The notes under the pieces: generated by a model
Seen by the model: only the letters and a program-made list of their open reading frames with translations
Database searches by the model: none
What the model was told of the DNA's origin: nothing
Program-made: the position numbers and the translations under genes
Shown: positions 25,520-34,752 of the stretch, piece by piece
How positions within the stretch are numbered: position 1 is the first letter of the stretch
Layout of the letters: each line of letters begins with the position of its first letter
Source of the DNA: Candidatus Limnocylindrales bacterium
Lineage (GTDB): Bacteria; Chloroflexota; Limnocylindria; Limnocylindrales; CSP1-4
DNA length: 35,893 nucleotides
NCBI GenBank assembly: GCA_035629915.1
Contig: DASQLS010000253.1
Span: 1 to 35,893 of the forward strand
Reading direction: 5' to 3'

Positions 25520-26551
25520 TCACTCGGTAACTGTCAGGTCCAACCCGTCGAACCATTCCATGCTCGAAGCCGACAGGGTCCCGTCTGCGTGCATCGCGGC
25601 GATGATCTCGTCGAGAGCCGTCTGCAGCGCGTCATGGTCGGCGTTGCTCTTGTCGGTAGCGACCGCAAGGGCCTCGAAGAAGACGGGGTCACCAACGGCG
25701 ACCATGGGCGTGTCTGCATCGATGGCGGCCTGAATGGTCGTCGACGAGCTGAGCCATGCCTCGAAGTCGCTGCGTCCCGACTGAACCGACTGGGCGCAGT
25801 CCTGATCCGTTCCCAGGGGGAATGCAGTCGCGCCTGCAGGTGGCGGGGTGGGCTCGGGCGAGCCGACAAGATTCAGCGTGCCGTCGAGCCAATACTGGTA
25901 GGTCGTGGATGAGCCGACGCAGATCGGCTGCCCGGCCAACGCGTCGATCGACGTGATGCCCGAGTCGGTGGTAACGGCAATCTGGGCGGGCGTGTAGTAG
26001 TAGGCCTGGGTGAAGTCGAGGATCTCTTCGCGCTCCTCGGTGATCGTCACCGAGCCGACGCTGATGTCCCAACGGTCGCTCCAGCTGCCGGCGACGACAG
26101 CGTCGAAGGACGGCGTCTCGAACTGGACCTCGACGCCAAGTCGCGCTCCAATCTCATTTGCCGTATCGATGTCGAAGCCCTCGAACGTGCCGTCGGGGTT
26201 CAGGAAAGACTGCGGCGCGTAGTTCGGGTCAGTCGAGACGAGGATCGTGCCGCGCTCGCAGATGGTTGCCAGCAGGTCACCCTCTGAGCCCTCGGGCAGG
26301 TTCTCGCAGACGGGCCCTGCGGCCGGCGAACCGGTCGGCGCTTCGCTGGGGGACGACGTGGGCTCCTCGGTCGGAGCCGTGGTCGGCTCCTCTGTGGGCG
26401 CCTCCGTCGGTGCGGTCGTCGCGGTCGGTGCGGCCGTTGCCGTCGCTGCACTGGTGGGTGATGTCGTCGGCGCCGTAGTGGCGCCGCCACCGCTGCAGGC
26501 AACGAGCATTACCGCCAGGACGGCGATCGCTGTCGCGCGAATCATGTTCAT
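25520..26551 (-). CDS. polar amino-acid ABC transporter substrate-binding lipoprotein (family 3 SBP)
   Basis: ORF 25520..26590 trimmed to Met14 (cat at 26549-26551), which has a GAGGAGG SD 6 nt upstream. The lipoprotein signal is AIAVLAVMLVAC. A T/A/P/E-rich linker is followed by an SBP_bac_3-like body (NYAPQSF....G...GFDIDTANEI, DISVGSVTIT.ER). Confidence 0.8.
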   Translation of the reverse strand: MNMIRATAIAVLAVMLVACSGGGATTAPTTSPTSAATATAAPTATTAPTEAPTEEPTTAPTEEPTSSPSEAPTGSPAAGPVCENLPEGSEGDLLATICERGTILVSTDPNYAPQSFLNPDGTFEGFDIDTANEIGARLGVEVQFETPSFDAVVAGSWSDRWDISVGSVTITEEREEILDFTQAYYYTPAQIAVTTDSGITSIDALAGQPICVGSSTTYQYWLDGTLNLVGSPEPTPPPAGATAFPLGTDQDCAQSVQSGRSDFEAWLSSSTTIQAAIDADTPMVAVGDPVFFEALAVATDKSNADHDALQTALDEIIAAMHADGTLSASSMEWFDGLDLTVTE

Positions 26552-26627
26552 GGATGGCCTCCTCAAGTCATATTGGACGTCGCCGCGCACGGCTTCACAA
26601 GCATCCCGCCCACATAGACTCTAAATC

Positions 26628-27743
26628 ATGAGCGGCATCATTAGCGGCTTGGAGACTTCCACAGGCCTTGCAAGTGCGAGCACTCTGCCGGCCCGTTTCT
26701 ACCTTGAGCCGTCCATCTTCGAGCTCGAGCGTGAGCGAATATTCGGCCGAACCTGGCAGCTGGTCGCCCGCCTCGACGATCTGGCCCGGCCGGGCGACTT
26801 CGTGCCGGCGACGATCCTCGACGAGCCGATCGTCATCACCCACGGCACGGACGGCGAGCTGCGCGGCTTCTACAACGTGTGTCGCCACCGCGCCGGCCAG
26901 GTCGCGCTGAGCAAGGGCAATCGCAAGAGCCTGCAGTGCCGCTACCACGGCTGGACGTACGGCCTGGACGGCGCGCTGCGCGCGGCGCCGGAGATGGATG
27001 ACACCGAGAACTTCGACAAGGCCGACTTCGGGCTGCTCCCGGTTCGCGTCGATCGCTGGGGCCCATTCGTCTTCGCCAATCTCGATCCCGACGCTGCGCC
27101 GCTGCGCGAGCAGATGGGCAACATCCCGGCCGAGGTCGCCCGGGCCGGCTACGACGTCGAGCACATGCGCCTGATCGAGCGACGCGAGTACCTGATCGAG
27201 TGCAACTGGAAGGTCTACGTCGACAACTACCTCGAGGGCTATCACCTGCCGATCGCCCACCCCGACCTGTTCAAGGAGCTCGACTACGACTCGTACCGGG
27301 TCGAGACGTTTCGCTACTACTCCAAGCAGCACGCTCCGATCCGCGAGCTGAAGGAGGGCGAGGAGCTTGGCCGCGACCGGCGCTACGTGCGCATGGCCGA
27401 CGGCGAGGGCGAGGCCCTCTACTACTGGCTCTTCCCGAACACGATGTTCAACATCTACCAGGACAACATGTCGTCCAACGTCATCCTGCCGGTGGGCGTC
27501 GACCGCACGCTGACCATCTTCGAGTGGTTCTTCGCCGAGCCTGGCAGCGGCCCCGGCTGGGAGTCGATGCAGCAGACGATTTCCTTCTCCGACCAGATTC
27601 AACAGGAGGACATCGTGCTGTGCGAGCAGGTCCAGCGCGGGCTCCGCTCACGCGCATACGACTCTGGCCGCTTCTCAGCCCGTCGCGAGAACGGCGTGTT
27701 CCACTTCCAGCAGCTGGTGCGCGAGTTCCTCGACCGGACCTAA
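26628..27743 (+). CDS. Rieske [2Fe-2S] non-heme-iron oxygenase alpha-subunit-like protein
   Basis: The Rieske motif is CRHRAG...(16 aa)...CRYHGW and the mononuclear iron motif is DNYLEGYHLPIAH. TAGACT lies 7 nt upstream of the ATG with no SD. Confidence 0.82.
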   Translation: MSGIISGLETSTGLASASTLPARFYLEPSIFELERERIFGRTWQLVARLDDLARPGDFVPATILDEPIVITHGTDGELRGFYNVCRHRAGQVALSKGNRKSLQCRYHGWTYGLDGALRAAPEMDDTENFDKADFGLLPVRVDRWGPFVFANLDPDAAPLREQMGNIPAEVARAGYDVEHMRLIERREYLIECNWKVYVDNYLEGYHLPIAHPDLFKELDYDSYRVETFRYYSKQHAPIRELKEGEELGRDRRYVRMADGEGEALYYWLFPNTMFNIYQDNMSSNVILPVGVDRTLTIFEWFFAEPGSGPGWESMQQTISFSDQIQQEDIVLCEQVQRGLRSRAYDSGRFSARRENGVFHFQQLVREFLDRT

Positions 27744-27758
27744 TTGGGGGTTGAGTCG

Positions 27759-28180
27759 TCAGCCGCGATAGATGGGCGGCTTCTCGGTCAGTACCTCGGC
27801 CGTGCCCCAGGCGACGAGGACCAGACCAATGCCGGTGATCCACAGTCCGGGCGCCTCCATCGGCAGTCGCAGGCTGGTGAAATTGCCGATCTCGTAGACC
27901 CGGTAGAGAAAGGCCGTTATCGACAGCAGGGCGAGGATCACGTACGTCAGCGGCCGGTCGATGGCTGAGTCGCCGTCGCGCGTCGTGAACGGCATGACCA
28001 CGGCCGCGAGCATCCCCATCGAAGCCAGGAAGATGATGATGCCGGCACCCTGCAGGCCGTTGCCGCTGAGTGCCGCCTCGTTCGTGCGCGGGATCATCCA
28101 CCACAGCGGGAAGAGGCCGATGACGCTGACGATCGAGCCGAGGAAGATGAGCACCCGTCCGCGCCCCATCGCGCGGCGAT

Positions 28181-28184
<4 letters not shown>
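27759..28184 (-). CDS. small integral membrane protein (about 4 TM), function unknown
   Basis: Four hydrophobic segments are present. The ATGA start/stop overlaps hpt, which implies co-translation with it. Confidence 0.6.
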
Positions 28185-28753
<569 letters not shown>

Positions 28754-28778
28754 TCTTGGTGCTCATGATCGCCGCCAA

Positions 28779-29342
28779 TCAGCTGTTGCGTGCGGCCAGA
28801 AACGCGCGCCGGCCGCGTCGACGACGCGAGCCACGTGACACGCGCGGTCGGGACCGGGTCGACGGCGCCCGAGCCGCGACGATCGGCGCAGCCTCGAACG
28901 CGGCGCCGGTCGGGCCGTCAGCGCTCGCCGCCACGGCCGGAACAGTCAGGGCCAGCTTCGGCTGACGGACCGACAGCGGCGTGATCTGGCCCTCGAGTCC
29001 GCTGAGCGACGCAGCCAGGTCGAAGCGGCCGTACTTGAGCATCAGCGCCCGGAAATCCTTGCCGTAGAACAGCTTGACCTTGATGTCCGGGTACAGCTCG
29101 CGCAGGCGGCGAAGCTTGCGGTTCTTGCGCCGCACCAAGCTCTGCTTGAGCGTGGTCAGCTCGACGTACAGATCGAGCTCGGGGAGGTAGAAGTCGGGCG
29201 AGAAGCTCTCGATGACCTTGCCGTCCGTGTTCCACAGGATCGGGAAGGTGCGCGGCTCGTAGTCCCAGGCGACGCCGTAGTAGTCGAGGATGCGGGCCAG
29301 CTCAGCTTCACTGGCGTGGGCGAATCGTGCCTGTTCGGTCAC
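28779..29342 (-). CDS. hypothetical protein, possible PD-(D/E)XK (TnsA/Hjc-like) fold with Arg-rich C-terminal tail
   Basis: SEAELARILDYYGVAWDYEPRTFPI....G....FSPDFYLPELDLYVELTT follows an E...PD...E-x-(K) layout, but the Lys position is Thr. The C-terminal ~70 aa are low complexity (RSRPRVSRGSRRRRGRR). Confidence 0.55.
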   Translation of the reverse strand: MTEQARFAHASEAELARILDYYGVAWDYEPRTFPILWNTDGKVIESFSPDFYLPELDLYVELTTLKQSLVRRKNRKLRRLRELYPDIKVKLFYGKDFRALMLKYGRFDLAASLSGLEGQITPLSVRQPKLALTVPAVAASADGPTGAAFEAAPIVAARAPSTRSRPRVSRGSRRRRGRRAFLAARNS

Positions 29343-29761
29343 CGGCGCTCGGCGCCGTCGGATCGAGTGGCCGTCCGGAGCAGGTCGGTCACGTCGCCCT
29401 CGAATCGGGTCAGGAACTCGTGCATCTCGAGCACGTCGTCCGCGGTCACCGGTGCCGCACCGGGCGGCAACGGCTCGCCCATGTGAACCGTGAGCAGGTC
29501 GTCGGGGAAGCCGATGTCGGACGCGTCGGCGATCGACAGCTCGGAGTCGTCCAGCTCAACTGTGACGATGGCGACGGTGTGACTCCCGCAACGTGAGCAA
29601 TCAAGGTCAACGAAGAACAGTCCGTCGCGTTCTGCCAAGAGGCGGATCCGGCTGCCTCGATACCGCCGGCCGCAGGCGGGACAGGTAAACGAGGTGAGCT
29701 GGGTGCGCAGCCAGTCGGGGCTGTCCATCGATTGCGAGTCTAGACCGTTCGGGCCGATCAC
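29339..29761 (-). CDS. hypothetical zinc-ribbon protein
   Basis: CPACGRRY ... CSRCG form a four-Cys ribbon, followed by an acidic C-terminal half (VTADDVLEMHEFLTRFEGDV). The stop has an ATGA overlap with the downstream gene. The start is a GTG at 29761 or an ATG at 29728. Confidence 0.55.
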   Translation of the reverse strand: MIGPNGLDSQSMDSPDWLRTQLTSFTCPACGRRYRGSRIRLLAERDGLFFVDLDCSRCGSHTVAIVTVELDDSELSIADASDIGFPDDLLTVHMGEPLPPGAAPVTADDVLEMHEFLTRFEGDVTDLLRTATRSDGAERR

Positions 29762-29789
29762 CGTGCGGCGACCGGTCGAGTCGGACGCC

Positions 29790-29807
29790 TATACTCCCGT
29801 CCAGTAT
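29790..29807 (+). promoter_or_regulatory. TATACT -10-like box plus ATACT-N7-AGTAT palindrome overlapping the csoR start (candidate auto-operator)
   Basis: tATACTcccgtccAGTATg spans 29790-29808. The csoR ATG is at 29806, inside the right half-site. Confidence 0.35.
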
Positions 29808-30153
29808 GACTACCCCACGCACCACAGCCACTGATCAGTCCGACTCACCCTCCCGCCACAGCTACAGCAAGGATCGCGCCCAGCTGCTGCGCCGCCTGGC
29901 ACGGATGGAGGGCCAGATCCGCGGTGTCGCTCGAATGGTCGAACGCGACGAGTACTGCATCGACATCCTGCAGCAGACGGCGGCACTGCGCGCCGCAGTC
30001 GACGCCGTTTCGCTGCTGTTGATGGAGGACCACGTGGCCGGCTGCCTGGCAACCGCGGTCAAGACAGGTGATGCCGCGGCGTACACCGAAGAGGTGATGG
30101 AGGTTGTCAGGCGGAGCATGGGCCGGCCGGTTCGGGCACGAACGAGCGACTGA
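29806..30153 (+). CDS. csoR: CsoR/RcnR family metal-sensing transcriptional repressor
   Basis: LLRRLARMEGQIRGVARMVE..EYCIDILQQ..A...A........L.DHVAGC matches the DUF156 fold and has the C / H-x3-C copper-ligand pattern. Confidence 0.85.
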   Translation: MTTPRTTATDQSDSPSRHSYSKDRAQLLRRLARMEGQIRGVARMVERDEYCIDILQQTAALRAAVDAVSLLLMEDHVAGCLATAVKTGDAAAYTEEVMEVVRRSMGRPVRARTSD

Positions 30154-30500
30154 CCGGGCGCGAACGAGGTGACCGACGCGGCGGCTGACCGCGGCCTCGT
30201 TCATCCACAACAGCCCGCGGCTCAGGCGTCCTTTCTCCACAAATCAGGAACGTCGCCGGCAATCCGTGGAAAAGCCGGTTGACCCTGCTTTTGACTCTGC
30301 CCGACACTTCGCGGCCTGCACCACTGGTTAGCGCCAACGGGGACGGCGCCCCAGTCCGAGTACGGTAACCTCGCCGGCTCCGGCGACCGAGGAAACTCGG
30401 TCGGACAACCGGACGGCTAGGGAAAACTGAAAGGCCGGTGGTGCCAGAACGTCAGGTCGCAGGGAGCGGAGACAGCGCAACGGCTCGGCGGCGTTCGGGC

Positions 30501-31373
30501 ATGGACGCCGCTGATCGGTCTTCGCTCCCGCGGCCAACTTCCCCTTCCTCGGAGCCGCGTCCCGCACTGCCCCGATCGGCTGAAGGTCTGCCGGCACTCG
30601 ATCCCGTGTTCTGGGCGGCGATCGACGAAGGCCTGAGGCACATACCGCTCGAGCTTTCGGCCTCACTCCGCGCCGCCCTCGACGGCCACGGCCGGCTGCT
30701 GGTTGCCTGGAACGCGGCGATCAACCTGACCGCGATGCGCTCCGCCGAGCAGATCGCTCGCGGCCACGTACTCGACTCCCTGCTGGCGGTGCCCGCGCTG
30801 CGCGTGTTGGCCGGCGATCGGCCGGGGATTCTCGATATCGGCAGTGGCGCCGGCTATCCGGGCTTGCCGCTCGCCCTGGCACTGCCCGCCGGCCGCGCCG
30901 CATTGGTCGATTCAATCGGCAAGAAGGCCACGTTCCTCGAGGTGGCGGCGGCGGTTGCGAGCTCGACGCTGACCGAGGCCGGCGAGTCGCCGCCGCAGAT
31001 CGTGGCGCTGGCCGAGCGCGCCGAGGATCTCGCCCAGGAGCCCGATCATCGCGAAAGCTGGGAGCTCGTCGTTGCCCGGGCCGTGGGCTCCATCGCCGAG
31101 GTGGCCGAGCTCGGCCTGCCACTTGCGCGGCGCGGCGGTCATGTCGTGATCTGGAAGCTCGACGCCGGCGACGGCAGCCTCGGCGCTGAGCTCAAGGCAG
31201 CGCGCGACGTGGTCAACGCGGCGGGTGGTGCTCGGCCGCGAATCGTCCGTCTGGCGGGTGCCGCCGATCTTGGCCTCGACGGCCACTGCCTCGTCGTGAT
31301 CGACAAGCAACGCCCGACACCGGATCGCTACCCACGCACGGCGGGCGAGCGGCGACGAGCCGCGCTACGCTGA
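30501..31373 (+). CDS. rsmG: 16S rRNA (guanine527-N7)-methyltransferase RsmG (GidB)
   Basis: LLVAWNAAINLTAMRS..E...GHVLDSL, the SAM site ILDIGSGAGYPGLPLAL, and LVDSIGKKATFL. The start is uncertain (GTG 30438, ATG 30501 or GTG 30606). The homologous core begins near residue 58 of the long ORF. Confidence 0.8.
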   Translation: MDAADRSSLPRPTSPSSEPRPALPRSAEGLPALDPVFWAAIDEGLRHIPLELSASLRAALDGHGRLLVAWNAAINLTAMRSAEQIARGHVLDSLLAVPALRVLAGDRPGILDIGSGAGYPGLPLALALPAGRAALVDSIGKKATFLEVAAAVASSTLTEAGESPPQIVALAERAEDLAQEPDHRESWELVVARAVGSIAEVAELGLPLARRGGHVVIWKLDAGDGSLGAELKAARDVVNAAGGARPRIVRLAGAADLGLDGHCLVVIDKQRPTPDRYPRTAGERRRAALR

Positions 31374-31379
31374 CCGGCG

Positions 31380-32102
31380 ATGCGGATCGCCGTGCTGTCT
31401 GACATCCACGGCAACCTGCCCGCACTCGAGGCGGTCCTGGATGCACTCAAACCCTATGACGCAGTCTGGCAGCTGGGCGATATCGTCGGCTACGGCCCAC
31501 AGCCCGACGAGGTTGTCGCGCGGCTCGCCGCCGAGAACGCGCTGGGCGTTCGCGGCAATCACGATTCGGCCGCGATCGGCGAGCTCGACACGGACTCCTT
31601 CAACGACGACGCTCGGCGAGCGGTCGAGTGGACGGCGGAGCGGATCAGCAGCGACACCAAGGCCTGGCTCGAGCTGCTGCCGCTGACCAGCGTCGACGAT
31701 CCGTACACGATGGTCCACGGAAGCCCGCGCGATCCGACTTGGGAGTACGTCTTCACGACCGGCATCGCACGCTCGAACCTGCGCTCGTTCGATACTCACC
31801 ATTGCCTGGTCGGGCACACCCACATGCCGGTCATCTTTCGCCAGCGCGGCACGGGCATGGAGGGCATCGAGCCGACGCCCGAGGAGCTGTTCTCGTTCGG
31901 CGACCAACGGCTTATCGTCAATCCGGGCAGCGTCGGCCAACCGCGCGACGGCGATCCGCGGGCGAGCGCCATGATGCTCGACACTGACGCGCGAACGATG
32001 GAGTGGCGACGGGTGGAGTACCCGATCGAACGCGTCCAGAAGCTGATGGCCGACGCCGGGCTGCCCGTCCGGTTGATCGCCCGCCTTCAGTACGGCCTGT
32101 GA
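31380..32102 (+). CDS. metallophosphoesterase (YfcE/MJ0936-like)
   Basis: MRIAVLSDIHGN, GDIVGYGP, RGNHD, GHTH and NPGSVGQPRDGD. Confidence 0.85.
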   Translation: MRIAVLSDIHGNLPALEAVLDALKPYDAVWQLGDIVGYGPQPDEVVARLAAENALGVRGNHDSAAIGELDTDSFNDDARRAVEWTAERISSDTKAWLELLPLTSVDDPYTMVHGSPRDPTWEYVFTTGIARSNLRSFDTHHCLVGHTHMPVIFRQRGTGMEGIEPTPEELFSFGDQRLIVNPGSVGQPRDGDPRASAMMLDTDARTMEWRRVEYPIERVQKLMADAGLPVRLIARLQYGL

Positions 32103-32125
32103 AGGACGACCACGGCCCGTCAGGA

Positions 32126-34168
32126 ATGAAGCCATGGCTCCACGGCCGTAAGCCGGGCGACAGACGCATCCGCGTCGAGCGGCCGCACGCGGAGTACTTC
32201 CGCTACTCCGAACCGGGCACGCTTGTCGCGCGCGAGTCCGCATCGGCGCCGCGGACGGCAACCGGGCGGGCAGTCGAGAAGGTGCGCTACACGCTGTTCG
32301 GGCGGCGGCTATCAATCGACGAGGACGTCAACGAGCGCCTTTCGAAGAAGAAGGCACTCGCGATCTTCAGCTCCGACGCGATCAGCTCGTCGGCGTATGC
32401 GACCGAGGAGATCCTGCGTGTGCTCGTGCTCGCGGGCGCGGCCGCGCTGCTCGTCAGCATTCCCATCGCGATTGCGATCGCTCTCCTGTTGGCCGTTGTC
32501 TCGATCAGCTATCGCCAGGAGATATTTGCCTACCCGTCGGGTGGAGGCGACTACGCCGTGGCGCGGGCCAACCTGCCCGGCATCTTCGCGCTCATCGTCG
32601 CCGGAGCATTGCTCATTGACTACGTGATGACAGTCGCCGTGTCGACCTCGTCGGCCGTCGAGCAGGTCATCTCTGCGGTCCCGGATCTCGAGGTCTGGCG
32701 CGTTCCCATCGCGGCGGTGGCGATCCTGCTGATCATGCTCGGCAACCTGCGCGGGCTACGCGAGTCGGGCAATATCTTCGCGATCCCGACGTACGTCTTT
32801 GTCGCCTCGACGCTGTTCATGATCGTCGTCGGGATCTTCAGGATCCTCGTCCTCGGTGAGGGCCAGCCTCCGCCTGAGCCGCTCCCTGGAGCGCACGACC
32901 CCATGGAGGTGCTGGGGATCCTTCTGGTCTTGCGGGCATTCGCTTCCGGATCCGTCGCGTTGACCGGAGTCGAGGCGATCGCCAACGGAGTGCCGGCGTT
33001 CCAGCCGCCCGAGTCTCGCAATGCCGCCAAAACGCTAACCGTCATGGCGCTCCTGCTCGGTGTCCTTTTCGTCGGCCTGACGATCGTCGCCGACGGCTTC
33101 GGCATCGTCCCCGTCGACGAGCCGGCGGTCAAGACGGTCATCAGCCAGGTCGCGGCGACCATCTTTGGCAACGACACGATCGCGTTCTACTTCTACCAGG
33201 CGTTCACGGCGATGATCCTGTTCCTGGCCGCGAATACCTCGTTCAATGCCTTCCCGCGGCTGGCTGCGATCCTCGCTCGCGACGGATACATGCCCCGTCA
33301 GTTCAGCTTTCGTGGCGATCGCCTGGCGTTCACGTCGGGCATCGTGATCCTGGCCATCGCCGCAATCACCGTAATCGCCGCGTTTGGCGGGGTGGTGACC
33401 GCGCTCATTCCGCTATACGCAGTAGGCGTATTCGCCGCCTTCACGATCGGCCAGGTCGGACTGGTCCGGCACTGGCTGCGTGAGCGGACACCGGGTTGGC
33501 GCAAGAAGCTGAGCATCAACGCCTTCGGCGCGACCCTGACGTTCCTGGTGTTCGTCGTCGTTTTGGTCGCCAAGGCGCCAACCTCATTGCTCATTGCCGT
33601 GGTCGTGCCGCTCATGATCCTTGTGATGGTCTTCATCCACCGCCAGTACGAGGCGTCGGCGCGACACCTCGCCGTGCGTCCCGACTACGTGGTGCCTCCG
33701 CCGCGCCGCGAGGAACGCGTGATCGTGCCCATCCCGGGCATCAACCGGGCCGTCATCCAGGCAATCAACGTCGGCCGCTCGATCGCGCCCGATGTTCGAG
33801 CAGTGCTCATCTCGGACGAGCCGGAAGAGGCGGCGGCGCTGCGTGCACGATGGGAGCGCCAGATACCCGACGTGCCGCTGGTCATCGTCGAGTCGCCCTA
33901 CCGCGCGCTGGTCGGGCCGATGCTGTCCTACCTGCACGTTCTCGACGAGACGTGGCCGGAGGACAGGGAGGCGCCTGTCACCTTCGTCGTGATCCCCGAG
34001 TACGTGGCCCGCAACTGGTGGGAGCGACTGCTCTACAACCAGTCAGCAAACCGGCTGCGCCGAGCGCTGATCGGCCGGCCGCATACGGTCGTCGTCAACG
34101 TGCCCTACCGGCGCGAGGGCGACGTGGATGGCGATCATCCGGAGCCACCCGCACCAGCCTCCTCCTGA
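32126..34168 (+). CDS. APC-superfamily permease with ~190-aa cytoplasmic alpha/beta C-terminal domain
   Basis: ORF 32003..34168 trimmed to the ATG at 32126, after the upstream stop. KKALAIFSSDAISSSAYATEEIL is followed by about 12 TM segments. The C-terminal part (VIVPIPGINRAVIQAI...VRAVLIS...PLVIVESPYR...VTFVVIPEYV) looks like a USP/Rossmann-like strand-helix pattern. Confidence 0.75.
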   Translation: MKPWLHGRKPGDRRIRVERPHAEYFRYSEPGTLVARESASAPRTATGRAVEKVRYTLFGRRLSIDEDVNERLSKKKALAIFSSDAISSSAYATEEILRVLVLAGAAALLVSIPIAIAIALLLAVVSISYRQEIFAYPSGGGDYAVARANLPGIFALIVAGALLIDYVMTVAVSTSSAVEQVISAVPDLEVWRVPIAAVAILLIMLGNLRGLRESGNIFAIPTYVFVASTLFMIVVGIFRILVLGEGQPPPEPLPGAHDPMEVLGILLVLRAFASGSVALTGVEAIANGVPAFQPPESRNAAKTLTVMALLLGVLFVGLTIVADGFGIVPVDEPAVKTVISQVAATIFGNDTIAFYFYQAFTAMILFLAANTSFNAFPRLAAILARDGYMPRQFSFRGDRLAFTSGIVILAIAAITVIAAFGGVVTALIPLYAVGVFAAFTIGQVGLVRHWLRERTPGWRKKLSINAFGATLTFLVFVVVLVAKAPTSLLIAVVVPLMILVMVFIHRQYEASARHLAVRPDYVVPPPRREERVIVPIPGINRAVIQAINVGRSIAPDVRAVLISDEPEEAAALRARWERQIPDVPLVIVESPYRALVGPMLSYLHVLDETWPEDREAPVTFVVIPEYVARNWWERLLYNQSANRLRRALIGRPHTVVVNVPYRREGDVDGDHPEPPAPASS

Positions 34169-34188
34169 GCGGTGTACGCTTCGCCGGC

Positions 34189-34704
34189 ATGCCAGAAAGC
34201 GGCCAAATCGTGCCCTTCCGAAAGGCCGTCCTGTGCCTCAACGGCGGACCGACTGATGACCTCATCGTCCACCTCGGCTGTCAGCTCGCCAAGCCCGGCA
34301 ACGCCGAGCTGGTAGCCGTGCACGTCATCGAGGTCGATTGGCGCCACGAGCTGTCCGAGGAAATGACGTCCCAGAACGACGCTGCTTCGGCAGTGCTCGA
34401 CCGAGCGGAGGGAATCGCCGAGCGGTACAAGATCAAGCTCAGCGGCGACCTGCTCCAGGCACGCGAGGTGGCCGCTGCGTTGGTCGACGAGGCGATCGAG
34501 CTGGACGCCGACGCAATCCTGATTGGCCTGCCCTACCGAACCCGGTTCGGCGGCGACTTCGCGCTCGGGCCGACCGTCCCGTACGTTTTTCAGAATGCGC
34601 CGTGCCAGGTGATCGTCCTGCGCGAGCCGGTGCCCAGCAGCGGCGAGCGACGCGATACGCGGGCCGAGGCCGTTCCGCCGAAGGGCCGATTTGGCTTCAG
34701 ATAG
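34189..34704 (+). CDS. universal stress protein family protein
   Basis: The in-frame ATG at 34189 lies in ORF 33496..34704, whose upstream part overlaps the permease. AVLCLNG...D..IV........A.....ELVAVHVIEV ... AD.ILIGLPYR...GGDFALG.T..YV...APC.V.V.R is a USP-like pattern. Confidence 0.7.
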   Translation: MPESGQIVPFRKAVLCLNGGPTDDLIVHLGCQLAKPGNAELVAVHVIEVDWRHELSEEMTSQNDAASAVLDRAEGIAERYKIKLSGDLLQAREVAAALVDEAIELDADAILIGLPYRTRFGGDFALGPTVPYVFQNAPCQVIVLREPVPSSGERRDTRAEAVPPKGRFGFR

Positions 34705-34752
34705 TTGGGAGCGTGGTAAATCCGATGAGGCGTGAGCGATGAGGTTTGACCA

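Noticed and set aside
30154-30437. Calling this spacer the chromosomal origin (oriC).
   Set aside because: Only two good DnaA-box-like 9-mers are present, there is no AT-rich unwinding element, and dnaA/dnaN/parAB are not adjacent. It is retained only as a low-interest finding.
33496-34188. N-terminal 231 codons of the 402-aa ORF containing the USP.
   Set aside because: This part lies entirely within the APC permease gene in another frame and is Arg-rich low complexity. The USP domain begins at the in-frame ATG at 34189, 20 nt after the permease stop.
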